The notes beneath the pieces were generated by a model that saw only the letters and a program-made list of their open reading frames with translations, did no database searches and was not told the origin of the DNA. The position numbers and the translations under genes are program-made. A stretch of 63,739 nucleotides of DNA, counting the filler, from Octopus bimaculoides (lineage: Eukaryota): the NCBI RefSeq assembly GCF_001194135.2. It is 4 parts of 4 records of this genome, joined end to end, with 100 filler letters (N's around TTAATTAATTAA, not from the genome) between each part and the next. Parts side by side here need not be neighbours in the genome. Positions count along the whole stretch, not along the records: positions 1 to 30,643 come from NC_068988.1; 3 more parts are not named here. One strand, 5' to 3'. Positions 1-12,319 of the stretch are shown one piece after another (position 1 is the stretch's first letter; the number at the start of each line of letters is the position of its first letter).

Positions 1-113
1 TTTCATTTTTTCGGAGGTCGATAAATTAAATACCAGTTAAGCACTGGGATCGAAGTAATCTTCTTGCCCCTTCCCCTAAAATGTCCGCCCTCGTGCCTAT
101 AGTAGAATAGATT
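1..113 (+). mobile_element. 3' part of tRNA-derived SINE family A, A2-type tail
   Basis: tttcat..ggtcgataaattaaataccag..cactgggatcga..cccctaaaat..gtgcctatagtagaa matches the body and tail of the complete copy at 48940-49153. Confidence 0.85.
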
Positions 114-256
114 AAAAGTGTTTTTCACGGTGAACATCGCTGCTTTTTGGGAAAGACAGTTTTTTGTTAAAAACAAACGATTCGTAACTACTTCAAAGAG
201 ACTATTATTTTTTAGAATCCTTCAGAGGCCAACTCCTACTTTGATCCCTGTGGGGT

Positions 257-532
257 TTATAAAATGAAATACCCGTCAAATACTTGTTTCGATTGTATCG
301 ATTTATCTCCTTCCCGAACAACTGCTGGCTTTGTTCTTAAATCAGAAACTATTATTTCCGAAATGATATCTCTAATGTTGATTATCATCTGCTCTGTTCG
401 GGTTGAGTAGAACAAAGATCTTCCACCGGCTTCTTTCATGTATAATACACCCATGTCTATATTATCTAATGTTTCTATTTTGCAAGATGGTAGTGTTTTG
501 TTAGAGAGATATTGGCAATCCTTTTTCTGCAA
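257..532 (-). pseudogene. Possible very old non-LTR retrotransposon remnant (post-RT region)
   Basis: 91-codon open frame; DNIDMGVLYMKEAGGRSL resembles the D..rLY.p...GGRGL motif at the end of non-LTR RT domains, and SKQVFDGYF loosely resembles K.MHGY of the R4-like copies in this window. Similarity is weak. Confidence 0.25.
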
Positions 533-1132
533 AGAGAGCCTCTAATTAGAAGTTTCTTAGATGGATGTGCTTGATGGGTTCTGTGATAGAGCAAAAGAAC
601 TCGCTTTACTTCAGAATACACTCCTGTTTCGATTGTCAACTAATACAAAATATTCTCTTCAAATAGCCTGCGTTCTCCTATAGCGAAAGACATCTCATTC
701 GCACTATAATTCCCTGTTCTAACACACAAGCTATATTGCTTATTCAACATAAATCAATAGGTTGTATTTAAAAGAAAAATAAGAATGACGATTATTTTCC
801 GAATACTGGTGTTGCTTTCAACATCGTTTTGATAGAGGAAACGATTTTGAATCAGCAAACAAAAAGCGAATAAAGCATTCCATCAGAGGTCCATGTAACC
901 AAAAATCAATATGATTCTATGACCCAACATACGTGCAGCATGCAAAATATGCTGCTTGCGTATCAATATGATTAAAACTTTCCGTTCCATGTTTTCCTTT
1001 GATTTCCTTCACTGAGAGCACTCACCTGTCAAAAGTCTCACGCAAAGTAACGTTTCTGATCATTACGGGTAAGGAATCTGTCTTTATAACTTCTCTCTCT
1101 TTCTCCAATGTCCAATAAGAATAAAAGGCTTC

Positions 1133-1166
<34 letters not shown>

Positions 1167-1526
1167 TTGTTAAAGAATAGGAATTGTGCTGAGTTTATGC
1201 GATTTCTGCAACAGCAATGATAACAGAAACGAAATGCCATCACCACCACCACCAACAACAGCAACAGCAACAGCAACGACGACAACAATATAACCATTAT
1301 GCCAACGACATGTATATGTATGGAATCCATCCAGTTAGAAAGATTATCACAATTGATGTAAAGCATGCTAATGTTTCCGTTTAACAGAAATCAAAGCATG
1401 CGAATATAATGAGTATATTACAAAATTATGTAAATGTGAGCAACTGATGTGACTCGATTGTACCTCTCATTACATACAAAGCATTAATGCAATTAAGACT
1501 ACGGAAAGCTAGAGGTCTTCAAGCTA

Positions 1527-1532
1527 ATAATG

Positions 1533-1599
<67 letters not shown>

Positions 1600-1604
1600 T
1601 AATA
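1527..1604. repeat. (AAT)n microsatellite
   Basis: Long, near-perfect AAT run immediately 5' of the family F element. Confidence 0.95.
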
Positions 1605-2173
1605 AATGCCCGGATGCTGTACCAGGCAGTGGCTCTCGTGGCTTCTAATCTTAATCGATTGGAAGTGTTATCATGTACCTTGTTTTGTCTTGGTAAAAAA
1701 GATGGGCTACAGTAAATATTCTGCTTAATACCACAGATGTGCTTGTCAGTTCTTTGACCTTAACCAGTTTGAGCATGTCCCTTGGTGGTTGACCATATGT
1801 GTATCTCTGATCATGAGCAGAAATAATGGTGGAACATCATAGCCATGTGCTGAGAGGAATTCTTTGGGGTTTGTATAATTCACCTTTGGAAGCATGGGTG
1901 TTTTGGTCAACATCCTTAAACAAACCTTATTCAGGGGCTTTTGAGCAGGATGAGCTACTTGACCTGAAGAAAATTCTAACTGGGCCCCACCTGCGAGGTC
2001 ATGCGCTATTTATCTTGATATGAGATCACCATGTTGCGCACATATGGTTGTGATGCATGTGTCTGGTGTATCCTTATTTGACAGGCAGTCATGATGGGTA
2101 TACTGGGCTTCGTATATTTTACCCCAGTGTCACTTTAATGGTATGCACTGCTCTCTCACTCAATAATAATAAT
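1605..2173 (+). mobile_element. Family F interspersed repeat (~560 bp, non-coding, (AAT)n on both sides)
   Basis: Homologous over about 480 bp to the reverse-strand copy at 42914-43394; both share the end ctctctcactc(aat)n. Confidence 0.85.
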
Positions 2174-2300
2174 AAAATAATCCTTTCTTTATTGGCCACA
2201 GGGTTCGAAAAGAAAAACATAAGGAGACAATACAAAACAAGTGGCATCTGTGGTTTAAAAGAGAAAATGTGTAAACAATAAAAGAACAAAAACAGTTAAC

Positions 2301-2833
2301 AAGCTAGAAAAGCACTCGGAGATCGCAGACCTCCGCCGACCAGATTCGATCTCAGTAGTCAAGGCTTGTCATGTCATCTTCCGCAGACCTCCGCCAAGCA
2401 GCTCATTTTAAGATAGATATGCGAGTAAAATTACTAATAGAGAAACGAAAATAAACTTTGGAAACAGCAACACCACCATAGGTTAAGTGGAAACGATGAA
2501 TGTGTTTTGAAGGGAGGTAATCAAAGAACGTAACATTGTAATACTTCATGTAAAGTAAATATAACAAATGAAAAATCTTTCAAAGAATCCATGAAAATTC
2601 CCGGATTATAACCAAAATTTCAGCATGTGTTCCGTGTGTCGTTACCAACTTTTCCTGCAAGTTTCATCAAATGCCGTTCACAACTATTTGAGTTATTTTG
2701 CACACAGACGGACAGACGGACAGACAGACAGACGGACAGACAGACAAACGGACAGACAGACAGACGGACAGACAGACAGACGGACAAACCAACGCCGATG
2801 AAAACATAACATCCTTCCTTGGCGGAGGTAAAA
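2301..2833 (-). mobile_element. Non-autonomous Helentron-associated (HINE/DINE-1-like) element
   Basis: On the - strand it starts ttttacctccgccaagg, carries a (GTCT/GTCC)n microsatellite (2705-2785) and ends with the inverted subterminal (c)ttggcggaggtctgcg plus a terminal ..ctccgagtgcttttctag. This subTIR/microsatellite/3' end layout is the one described for HINEs. Confidence 0.7.
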
Positions 2834-2967
2834 CTCTAGCAACAAAATAAGTTGCCTTATATGGGCGGGGGAGGTATCCACTCAGGGCCAACCAGGGCAC
2901 CCTACACATCCTGGTCTGCCCGACTGCCAAGGGCACCCCAGGTAGGCATCCTCTTCCTCTCAACTGC

Positions 2968-3009
<42 letters not shown>

Positions 3010-3011
<2 letters not shown>

Positions 3012-3226
3012 CCTTCCTGCTGTAAGCACAAGGCCTAAAATTTGGGGGAGGGGTTAGCCGATTACATCGACCTCCCCAGTGCTCAATTGGTACTTAATTT
3101 ATCGTCCCCGGAAGGAATAAATGCAAAGTCGAACTCGACGGAATTTGATCTCGGGACGTAAAGACGGACGAAATATCGCCAAGTATTTTTCCCGGTCGCA
3201 GTAACGAATGCGTCAGCTCACCGCCT
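3010..3226 (-). mobile_element. SINE family A (A2 tail), full length, diverged
   Basis: Reverse complement gives the head aggcggtgagctgacgc.., B-box-like gagatcaaattcc, the body ..gataaattaagtaccaattgagcactgggg and the tail ..aggccttgtgcttacagcaggaagg, then (TTA)n. Confidence 0.85.
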
Positions 3227-3964
3227 AAAGAGTAATAATAATAATAACAACAACAACAACAACAACAACAACAACGGCAGCGACAACAACAACAACAGCG
3301 ACAACAACAACATTACCCATATTCGCATGCGCCAAATTTTCTGTCGTCGTTTTATTTCTTTCATATGAAGACTTTTGGCATCGCCTGTTTATTGAGATTA
3401 AGTTTTGATTCCTGCATGAAATCCCTCGGTTAGTAATTAACGCTTTCAATGGCAAAATTCGTACGATTTCCTCTGGTATTTTAAGGCATCTCTTAGTATT
3501 TTACTAACTCTCTCACAACACGGTAATGATATTTGTAGCGATTAAACAACGACTGAATGGGGAATTAATTTTTACGTTTAAAGTGAGAAATAAAACAGGT
3601 TGGTATAAAGAGTTTGCATAAATAGGATAACATTTATGGTTATCCAGTCGCTCCTACGTTTCTTTGTTGACATTTTTTGTAATTATTAAATGTCAATTTG
3701 TCAGTTTATATAGTAAAATAGGAGCTAGCTTGATGTAATTAGCCTGGAAATTTTAATTAAGATGACATCAATTGTATTGGGTTTTGTAGTTGCTGAACCT
3801 TGTAGCAAAAAAAAAAAAAAAAAAAAAAAAAAGAAAAGGAAAGAAAAGAAAATTCCAGCCGGAGCCAGCTCAGCCCGAGATTCGTGTGAGGCAGGGTCGT
3901 CACTCGCTGAAGTAGTGAAGAAAATCACTACCCACTACCTATGCATGCATGCATACATACATAC

Positions 3965-3995
<31 letters not shown>

Positions 3996-4059
3996 CATAC
4001 ATACATACGTGTATATGTGCTTGTATATGTGTGTGGGTATTTGCGTTCGTGAGTGTGTC

Positions 4060-4093
<34 letters not shown>

Positions 4094-5772
4094 TGTGCGT
4101 GTCAGTGTGTGTCTGTGTCTGTGTGCATTTGTGTGAGTGTAGCAAGATATTTCGTTGCGGAAAAAAAGTCGTTCACAGCGACTGCACATCCGTACAGAAA
4201 TCAAAGAAGATACATTGAGATTATGTTACAGAGGGGAGGAGCAGCCAAGGAAATATCTCTCATTATCCGAGCTAAGAAGTGAAAATATAAAGACAGAGGC
4301 CAGACCAGATATACGCTTATAAATTTGTCAACGTACCTCTATATCCTATCATCAGAAAGGCAGACACAGACATACAGCCAGACAGACAAATAGATAAACC
4401 TGACAGATGGATATTTAGACAGCGAGAAAGAGAATAGAGAGAGGAGAAGAAAGAATGAGAGAGAGAGAGGGGGGAGAAGGAGAGAGGGAGGAGAAGGAGA
4501 GAGAAGAATCGTTCTGTTCTATTTACATTTGCCTTAGTTTCGTCGGTCATCTGAGATGACAACCTTCAAGGAATCGGGATTTTTTATGGTGACAGCCTGG
4601 TGAAAGATGAAATTAGCATAATGAGATGTGATACCTAACACATGCCAATTCTAACATTCTGTCGTTGTGCCTCTCATCCTTCTTTGATGTCTCTTTATTG
4701 CAAGCAGCTTTGACTCTCGACTTAACGAGAGAAAGGATAATAAAAATATACGAATATTGAAGGATTGTGAGAAAGAAAGACGGGGAGACGGAATAAGTGC
4801 AATGAAAAATGAGGAAAAGAAAACCTGCTAATAAATGCTAGGTATTTGAATATGTGCTTCCACATGTATGCTCACGTCCAGTTGATATATATATGTGTGT
4901 GTATGTGTGTGTATATAAATATATATAAAATATAGATGCATATATATATATATATANNNNNNNNNNNNNNNNNNNNNNNNNNNNNNNNNNNNNNNNNNNN
5001 NNNNNNNNNNNNNNNNNNNNNNNNNNNNNNNNNNNNNNNNNNNNNNNNNNNNNNNNNNNNNNNNNNNNNNNNNNNNNNNNNNNNNNNNNNNNNNNNNNNN
5101 NNNNNNNNNNNNNNNNNNNNNNNNNNNNNNNNNNNNNNNNNNNNNNNNNNNNNNNNNNNNNNNNNNNNNNNNNNNNNNNNNNNNNNNNNNNNNNNNNNNN
5201 NNNNNNNNNNNNNNNNNNNNNNNNNNNNNNNNNNNNNNNNNNNNNNNNNNNNNNNNNNNNNNNNNNNNNNNNNNNNNNNNNNNNNNNNNNNNNNNNNNNN
5301 NNNNNNNNNNNNNNNNNNNNNNNNNNNNNNNNNNNNNNNNNNNNNNNNNNNNNNNNNNNNNNNNNNNNNNNNNNNNNNNNNNNNNNNNNNNNNNNNNNNN
5401 NNNNNNNNNNNNNNNNNNNNNNNNNNNNNNNNNNNNNNNNNNNNNNNNNNNNNNNNNNNNNNNNNNNNNNNNNNNNNNNNNNNNNNNNNNNNNNNNNNNN
5501 NNNNNNNNNNNNNNNNNNNNNNNNNNNNNNNNNNNNNNNNNNNNNNNNNNNNNNNNNNNNNNNNNNNNNNNNNNNNNNNNNNNNNNNNNNNNNNNNNNNN
5601 NNNNNNNNNNNNNNNNNNNNNNNNNNNNNNNNNNNNNNNNNNNNNNNNNNNNNNNNNNNNNNNNNNNNNNNNNNNNNNNNNNNNNNNNNNNNNNNNNNNN
5701 NNNNNNNNNNNNNNNNNNNNNNNNNNNNNNNNNNNNNNNNNNNNNNATATATATATATATACATATATATAT

Positions 5773-5805
<33 letters not shown>

Positions 5806-6317
5806 CATACACACATACACGCATACACACATTCACACATACACACGACTGTTTGCGTATACTTACATCTATACAAATATACTTGTACTAATGAATATAT
5901 GCGTGTTTTAATGTGTATTTATGTGGATATGTGGGCACGCATATACATATATATACGCACTCAGACATACATACTTATATACAGAAGTGTACGTGTGTAT
6001 GTATATTTGTATGTGCATATATGTATTTGTGTGTATACGTATGCAACCGTACACACGCACACAATTACGAAAGACAAAAAAAAAAGAAAGAAAATCGGTT
6101 TTTGCGACCTGAGATGTGAAGGTTGGTATGCCGGGAGGATGGCGCCATACGTGGTTTCACTCTACACTAGAAAGATAAGGAAGACGATCAGATGGTAAAG
6201 AGTTGAAACTAGAGCCAACGATGGACAAATAGGATTGAACATCTGGAAGTTAACAGCATAGACCGACCAATATCTGGCCTTCACATGTACCAACGTCCGT
6301 AAAACATATTATTGTAC

Positions 6318-6350
<33 letters not shown>

Positions 6351-6542
6351 TGTGTATATGTGTGTGTGTATGTGTGTGTAAAATGTGTGTGTGTGTTTGT
6401 AGTGTGTGTTATAAAGACTAAAGAATTTTTCAGGAATTCTCGTAAAACTTCCTTAAATATTTCATCCATTTTAATGCTCCGGAATTTTATATATCTCTAT
6501 ATGTTTGAGCGTGTATTTGTGTTTTTATATTTATCTGTCTGT

Positions 6543-6665
<123 letters not shown>

Positions 6666-6983
6666 TCTACCACCCTACCTATGTATTTATTTGTGTGCCT
6701 GTATATCTGTCAATGTATCTGTCTGCCTGTCATTCTTATTATCTTTCTTATTATTCGTCTTTGTGTCTACCCATAACATAATATAATATAACCTCATATA
6801 CTAAAAGTATAAAGAGAAGAAAAGAAAACCCAACTGGCATCAAGTTAGATTATGACGTTTAATTATTTAAATACAAGGGTAGAATTGTCCCAAGTTTATA
6901 GATCTCAAAATATCGATAAAAGATCAACTGAGAAATGATCACATTGGTGACGGTATATGCTATTCTCCAGGAACAGTTATATT

Positions 6984-7267
6984 TATTTCTTTATTGCCCA
7001 CATGGAGCTAAACAGAGGAGAGAAGCAGGGACAGACGAAGGGATTAAGTCGATTACGTCGACCCCAGTGCGTAACTAGTACTTATTTAATCGATCCCGAA
7101 AGGATGAAAAGCAAAGTGAACCTCAGCAGATTTTGTACTCAGAACGTAACGGCAGACGTCTAAGCATTTCACCCGGTGTGCTCGAGCATGCGCCGGCGCG
7201 CTCCGGCGCGCTCCGGTGTGCTCCGGTGTGCTCCGGGGAGCTAACGATTCTGCCAATTTACCGCCTT
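6984..7267 (-). mobile_element. SINE family A (A1 tail) with an internal 10-bp tandem expansion
   Basis: Head, body and tail ..tgtgggcaataaagaaata align with 41751-41980 and 59834-60059; 7 copies of a 10-mer at 7173-7242. Confidence 0.9.
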
Positions 7268-8157
7268 CAGCGACATTTATATTGGAAGTACGAATTATTG
7301 GTATAAGTTGAATTCAACCGAAAAGCGAATGAGATGGTAAAAAGGAAGCTGCATTTCACTGCAAGCGATTGGCAGTTAACATTGGTTTCCATGTATTCCT
7401 TCTGGCTACTGATCGTCTGCTGGCAAACAAACCATGTCCTAATCTATTCTTAAAAGTACTGTAAGAGATATGTGCACACAATCCTTCATTCCTCTTTTCT
7501 CCTCACTCAGCCTTTGGTTCTCCAAACGATAATCAGCTTTGCTTAATACAAATTTGAACACACCGTATGATGGTTTCGGGAGTGTAGTAGCATTTAGATT
7601 AACCATACTTTTGTGACCAGTTTATCCAAGTCTTACGCAGCATATCTGCTAATAAGTAAAAGCTGCTAATAATCTGTGTGGACAGAAAATGGGTATCTTT
7701 TCTGTGATAAAAGTCGCAGTAGACGAGAAACTAATCAGATTGATTTCACTTTTTCTGCTCACAGGAATGAAAAAAAAAATAGAGATATAAAGATTTAGCT
7801 TACGCTATACAGCATGTTTAAAATTATATGATTATTTCGAAAATGTACACTTTATATTTGACAGCATTCAACAAATCTGTTATGAATTAATTCTGCAAAT
7901 TAACTTAGAAATTTAGCTGCGTCCTATTTTGTAAACATCATGATTAAAAACTTGTTATTAAATCTTGCCGTGGACAGAAGGAAGATATTCAGTTTTTGAT
8001 GAAAATTTTCAAAAACTAGAAAATAGTTAAGGTCTATCTAAATTTTCTGCTATGCACAGATGAAAGATATCGCATAATTTACTTTCACAGCACATACCCA
8101 CTCCAAACACACATACTCATGGAAGCACACATATACATACACATATTTATTATATTA

Positions 8158-8192
<35 letters not shown>

Positions 8193-8344
8193 ACGTATGT
8201 ATGTATACATGCGGAGAGATAAAAAAAGAGGTAGAGAAAAAGACGTAGAGATAAAGACACACAGAGAGACTGACGGATATATATATATATATGTATATAT
8301 ATATACATACAGACACATGTATATATATACGTACAAACACATAA

Positions 8345-8379
<35 letters not shown>

Positions 8380-9953
8380 CACACGCACACACACACACAC
8401 ACACACATATATATNNNNNNNNNNNNNNNNNNNNNNNNNNNNNNNNNNNNNNNNNNNNNNNNNNNNNNNNNNNNNNNNNNNNNNNNNNNNNNNNNNNNNN
8501 NNNNNNNNNNNNNNNNNNNNNNNNNNNNNNNNNNNNNNNNNNNNNNNNNNNNNNNNNNNNNNNNNNNNNNNNNNNNNNNNNNNNNNNNNNNNNNNNNNNN
8601 NNNNNNNNNNNNNNNNNNNNNNNNNNNNNNNNNNNNNNNNNNNNNNNNNNNNNNNNNNNNNNNNNNNNNNNNNNNNNNNNNNNNNNNNNNNNNNNNNNNN
8701 NNNNNNNNNNNNNNNNNNNNNNNNNNNNNNNNNNNNNNNNNNNNNNNNNNNNNNNNNNNNNNNNNNNNNNNNNNNNNNNNNNNNNNNNNNNNNNNNNNNN
8801 NNNNNNNNNNNNNNNNNNNNNNNNNNNNNNNNNNNNNNNNNNNNNNNNNNNNNNNNNNNNNNNNNNNNNNNNNNNNNNNNNNNNNNNNNNNNNNNNNNNN
8901 NNNNNNNNNNNNNNNNNNNNNNNNNNNNNNNNNNNNNNNNNNNNNNNNNNNNNNNNNNNNNNNNNNNNNNNNNNNNNNNNNNNNNNNNNNNNNNNNNNNN
9001 NNNNNNNNNNNNNNNNNNNNNNNNNNNNNNNNNNNNNNNNNNNNNNNNNNNNNNNNNNNNNNNNNNNNNNNNNNNNNNNNNNNNNNNNNNNNNNNNNNNN
9101 NNNNNNNNNNNNNNNNNNNNNNNNNNNNNNNNNNNNNNNNNNNNNNNNNNNNNNNNNNNNNNNNNNNNNNNNNNNNNNNNNNNNNNNNNNNNNNNNNNNN
9201 NNNNNNNNNNNNNNNNNNNNNNNNNNNNNNNNNNNNNNNNNNNNNNNNNNNNNNNNNNNNNNNNNNNNNNNNNNNNNNNNNNNNNNNNNNNNNNNNNNNN
9301 NNNNNNNNNNNNNNNNNNNNNNNNNNNNNNNNNNNNNNNNNNNNNNNNNNNNNNNNNNNNNNNNNNNNNNNNNNNNNNATATATAGATAGATAGATAGAT
9401 AGGTAGATAGATAGATAGATAAATAGATTGACAAACGGATGGATGCATTTTGGGATGGGTGGACGAACAAATTGACGGATGAATGAATCGATCGTTGGAA
9501 GCATCAGGACATAAGAGAGGCTGATGGATGCGCATACACGCAGAAACGACTTGGAGATATATAATTACAGGTAAAGGAGGTTGAACTGATTTAACATAAA
9601 CTATAATTCGATAAACTTATTTAACTCTCATGTAGTATTCATAGATGAAATAATTGAAATATTCGCAGTGGGTTCTTCAACGTGTACAGCCCAGCTGTTA
9701 GCAAATTTTCTCCTTTGCCTAAAGGCATATTCCCAAGCATTTAATAACCAACACACACACCCACACACACACACACACATATATATATATACAGTAACAC
9801 ACACGTTATCTATTATATTACCACTTATATAGTTATGATGTATATATATACACATATATATATATAAATATATTATATCTATAAGATTATATATATACAT
9901 ACATACCTACATATATACATATATATACAATATCGTAGATATATGTAAAATAC

Positions 9954-9993
<40 letters not shown>

Positions 9994-10945
9994 TACATGC
10001 ACGTATATATACATATATATATATATATATATANNNNNNNNNNNNNNNNNNNNNNNNNNNNNNNNNNNNNNNNNNNNNNNNNNNNNNNNNNNNNNNNNNN
10101 NNNNNNNNNNNNNNNNNNNNNNNNNNNNNNNNNNNNNNNNNNNNNNNNNNNNNNNNNNNNNNNNNNNNNNNNNNNNNNNNNNNNNNNNNNNNNNNNNNNN
10201 NNNNNNNNNNNNNNNNNNNNNNNNNNNNNNNNNNNNNNNNNNNNNNNNNNNNNNNNNNNNNNNNNNNNNNNNNNNCTATACGTCATTCTACATGTATATA
10301 TGCATGTACTATGTAGGTATATTCGTATAAGCCATTTCCAGTTATTTCTGTAAGTGCTATAATTTAGTACCTACACACACACACATAAACCCACGCACAC
10401 ACATGCACATACACGCGCACACACAAACACACACACACATAAACACACATACACGTTCATATATGCGTATAGATGCATGTATATATATAAATGCAAGCGT
10501 GAGTACGCATGTGTAGAATGCCAAGAAAATAAGTGCAACGGTCTTCCGCTTGCTCACTTATTCCTATATCTATACACTTATATCTGTCTATCTTTCTACA
10601 CCCTCAATCGCTCTTTCTAAATGTGCGTGAGCGTCTCTGTGTACTTATGTATGTGTGTACGTCTGTGTTTCTGTGTATATAATTGTGCGTGTATTTTGGA
10701 ACGTCTCTGATTTAGATAATAATAGGTGGTAGAATCCTGGGTTGTTGAAAACCATCCAGACGCATGCATAACACACACCCGTACACGCACACAGACATAC
10801 AAACACACATACACACGCGCACAGACATACACACGCACACCAACACACACACACACACACATATATACATACATACATACATATATTCTAACATACATAC
10901 ATGCTTGCTTGTCTACGTATATTTACAGATAATTTTGTATACACA

Positions 10946-10990
<45 letters not shown>

Positions 10991-11074
10991 TTCGCTTTTG
11001 TATTTCGTTTGCAAGATTCTTTATGCGAATTCGTGTGTTGAAGCATACTTTATTGTGCCTTATTACTTAGCATA

Positions 11075-11436
11075 CTCAACCGGTTCGATACCATCCAGCC
11101 TTCATCAGGTGTCTTGCGGAAATTTTGAACCTGGGTTACGTGGTTAAGAGCGCAGGCTACAAACCCACAGATTCCGAGTTCGATTCCAGGCAGTGACCTG
11201 AATAATAACAACAACAACAACACCAACAACAATAATAATAATAATAATAATAACATCGAAAAATACCTTAGGAATGAGAACTCAGGTTCGAACTTTCCCC
11301 AAGACACCTGATGAAAGCTGGAGGGTGTATCAGCCGAAACGTTGCGTTAGCAACAAACAAGGTGAGGACAAATATCTGTCAAATGTAAATAATGTAAATA
11401 ATGTACATAATTCCTCATCTCTTAAATATAGAACTG
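11075..11436 (+). mobile_element. Composite non-autonomous element: inverted partial repeat + tRNA-like head + (AAC/AAT)n + hammerhead-bearing Penelope-like terminal repeat
   Basis: 11092-11137 is the reverse complement of about 11278-11322. 11140-11199 has gtggttaagagc and B box gagttcgattcc. Hammerhead core at 11303-11348. Confidence 0.7.
11303..11348 (+). ncRNA. Minimal type I hammerhead ribozyme motif (PLE-type, slightly decayed)
   Basis: GACAC (stem I) CUGAUGA A AGCUG-gagggtgtat-CAGCC (stem II) GAAA C G UU^ GCGUU (stem I'). Palindromic AACGUU would allow stem III to form in a dimer. One mismatch each in stems I and II. Confidence 0.65.
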
Positions 11437-12272
11437 GAATGGTGTTTATGTACCTAAGTAAAAAAAAAATAAATAAATAAATAGTGCCATGGTCACTTTT
11501 TAAATTTCATTTCGACAACAATACATTGTATCAATAAGAGTATTGCTAACGAAAAAGAAGAAAAAAAGAAGGGTTTCTCATATATTTTTCAACAACACAT
11601 TCAAGTCAGGTTACTTACGGTTGCCTTTATGGAAGGTAAAGCAAGAAAAACGAAGAGAAACAAACGGACAATTACTAATTGGCCCGCTAGATGTGCTATA
11701 GCATTAGGACTCCATTACAGTGAAGTACCACCACGCCCACAAAAAGTAAGATAATTGGGGCCAGATTTGTTATGCAAAGTAATCTATAAAAGTATTTAAT
11801 AGCATGCTTAAATGATTATCGTAAATGAAACACAAGAAAGGAAATGGTAAATAAATAAGACAAAAGAATAAATGAAAGCAAATGGTCATTTCGTATAGAG
11901 ATTTGTTGTTCTTGTTCCATCTGTTTAAATATATTGATAAAAACAACACTAATGTCTCCACATATGCTTGTAAGTAAGCCAGTACATGTGTGCGCGCGCG
12001 CATCTGTGTATGCATATATATATAAATATATATATGTATATATATGTATATATATATATATGTATATATGTGTGTGTGTGTGTACATATATATATATATA
12101 AATATGTATGCACATATGTATGTATATATATATATATGCATATATAGATAATATATAATGTATATATCTATATATATACATATATATATACGGTGGTGCT
12201 CCAGCATGACCGCAACCACTTGGCTGAAACCCATAAATAAATAAATATATATATATGCATACAATGTGTGTA

Positions 12273-12319
<47 letters not shown>

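Noticed and set aside
4828-6198. Long ORFs spanning N-gaps and dinucleotide repeats (also near 8-9.5, 18.5-24.8, 42, 45, 50-51 and 57 kb)
   Set aside because: They stay open only because N and (CA)/(TA)/(TG) repeats lack stops; the translations are YI/HT/CV runs.
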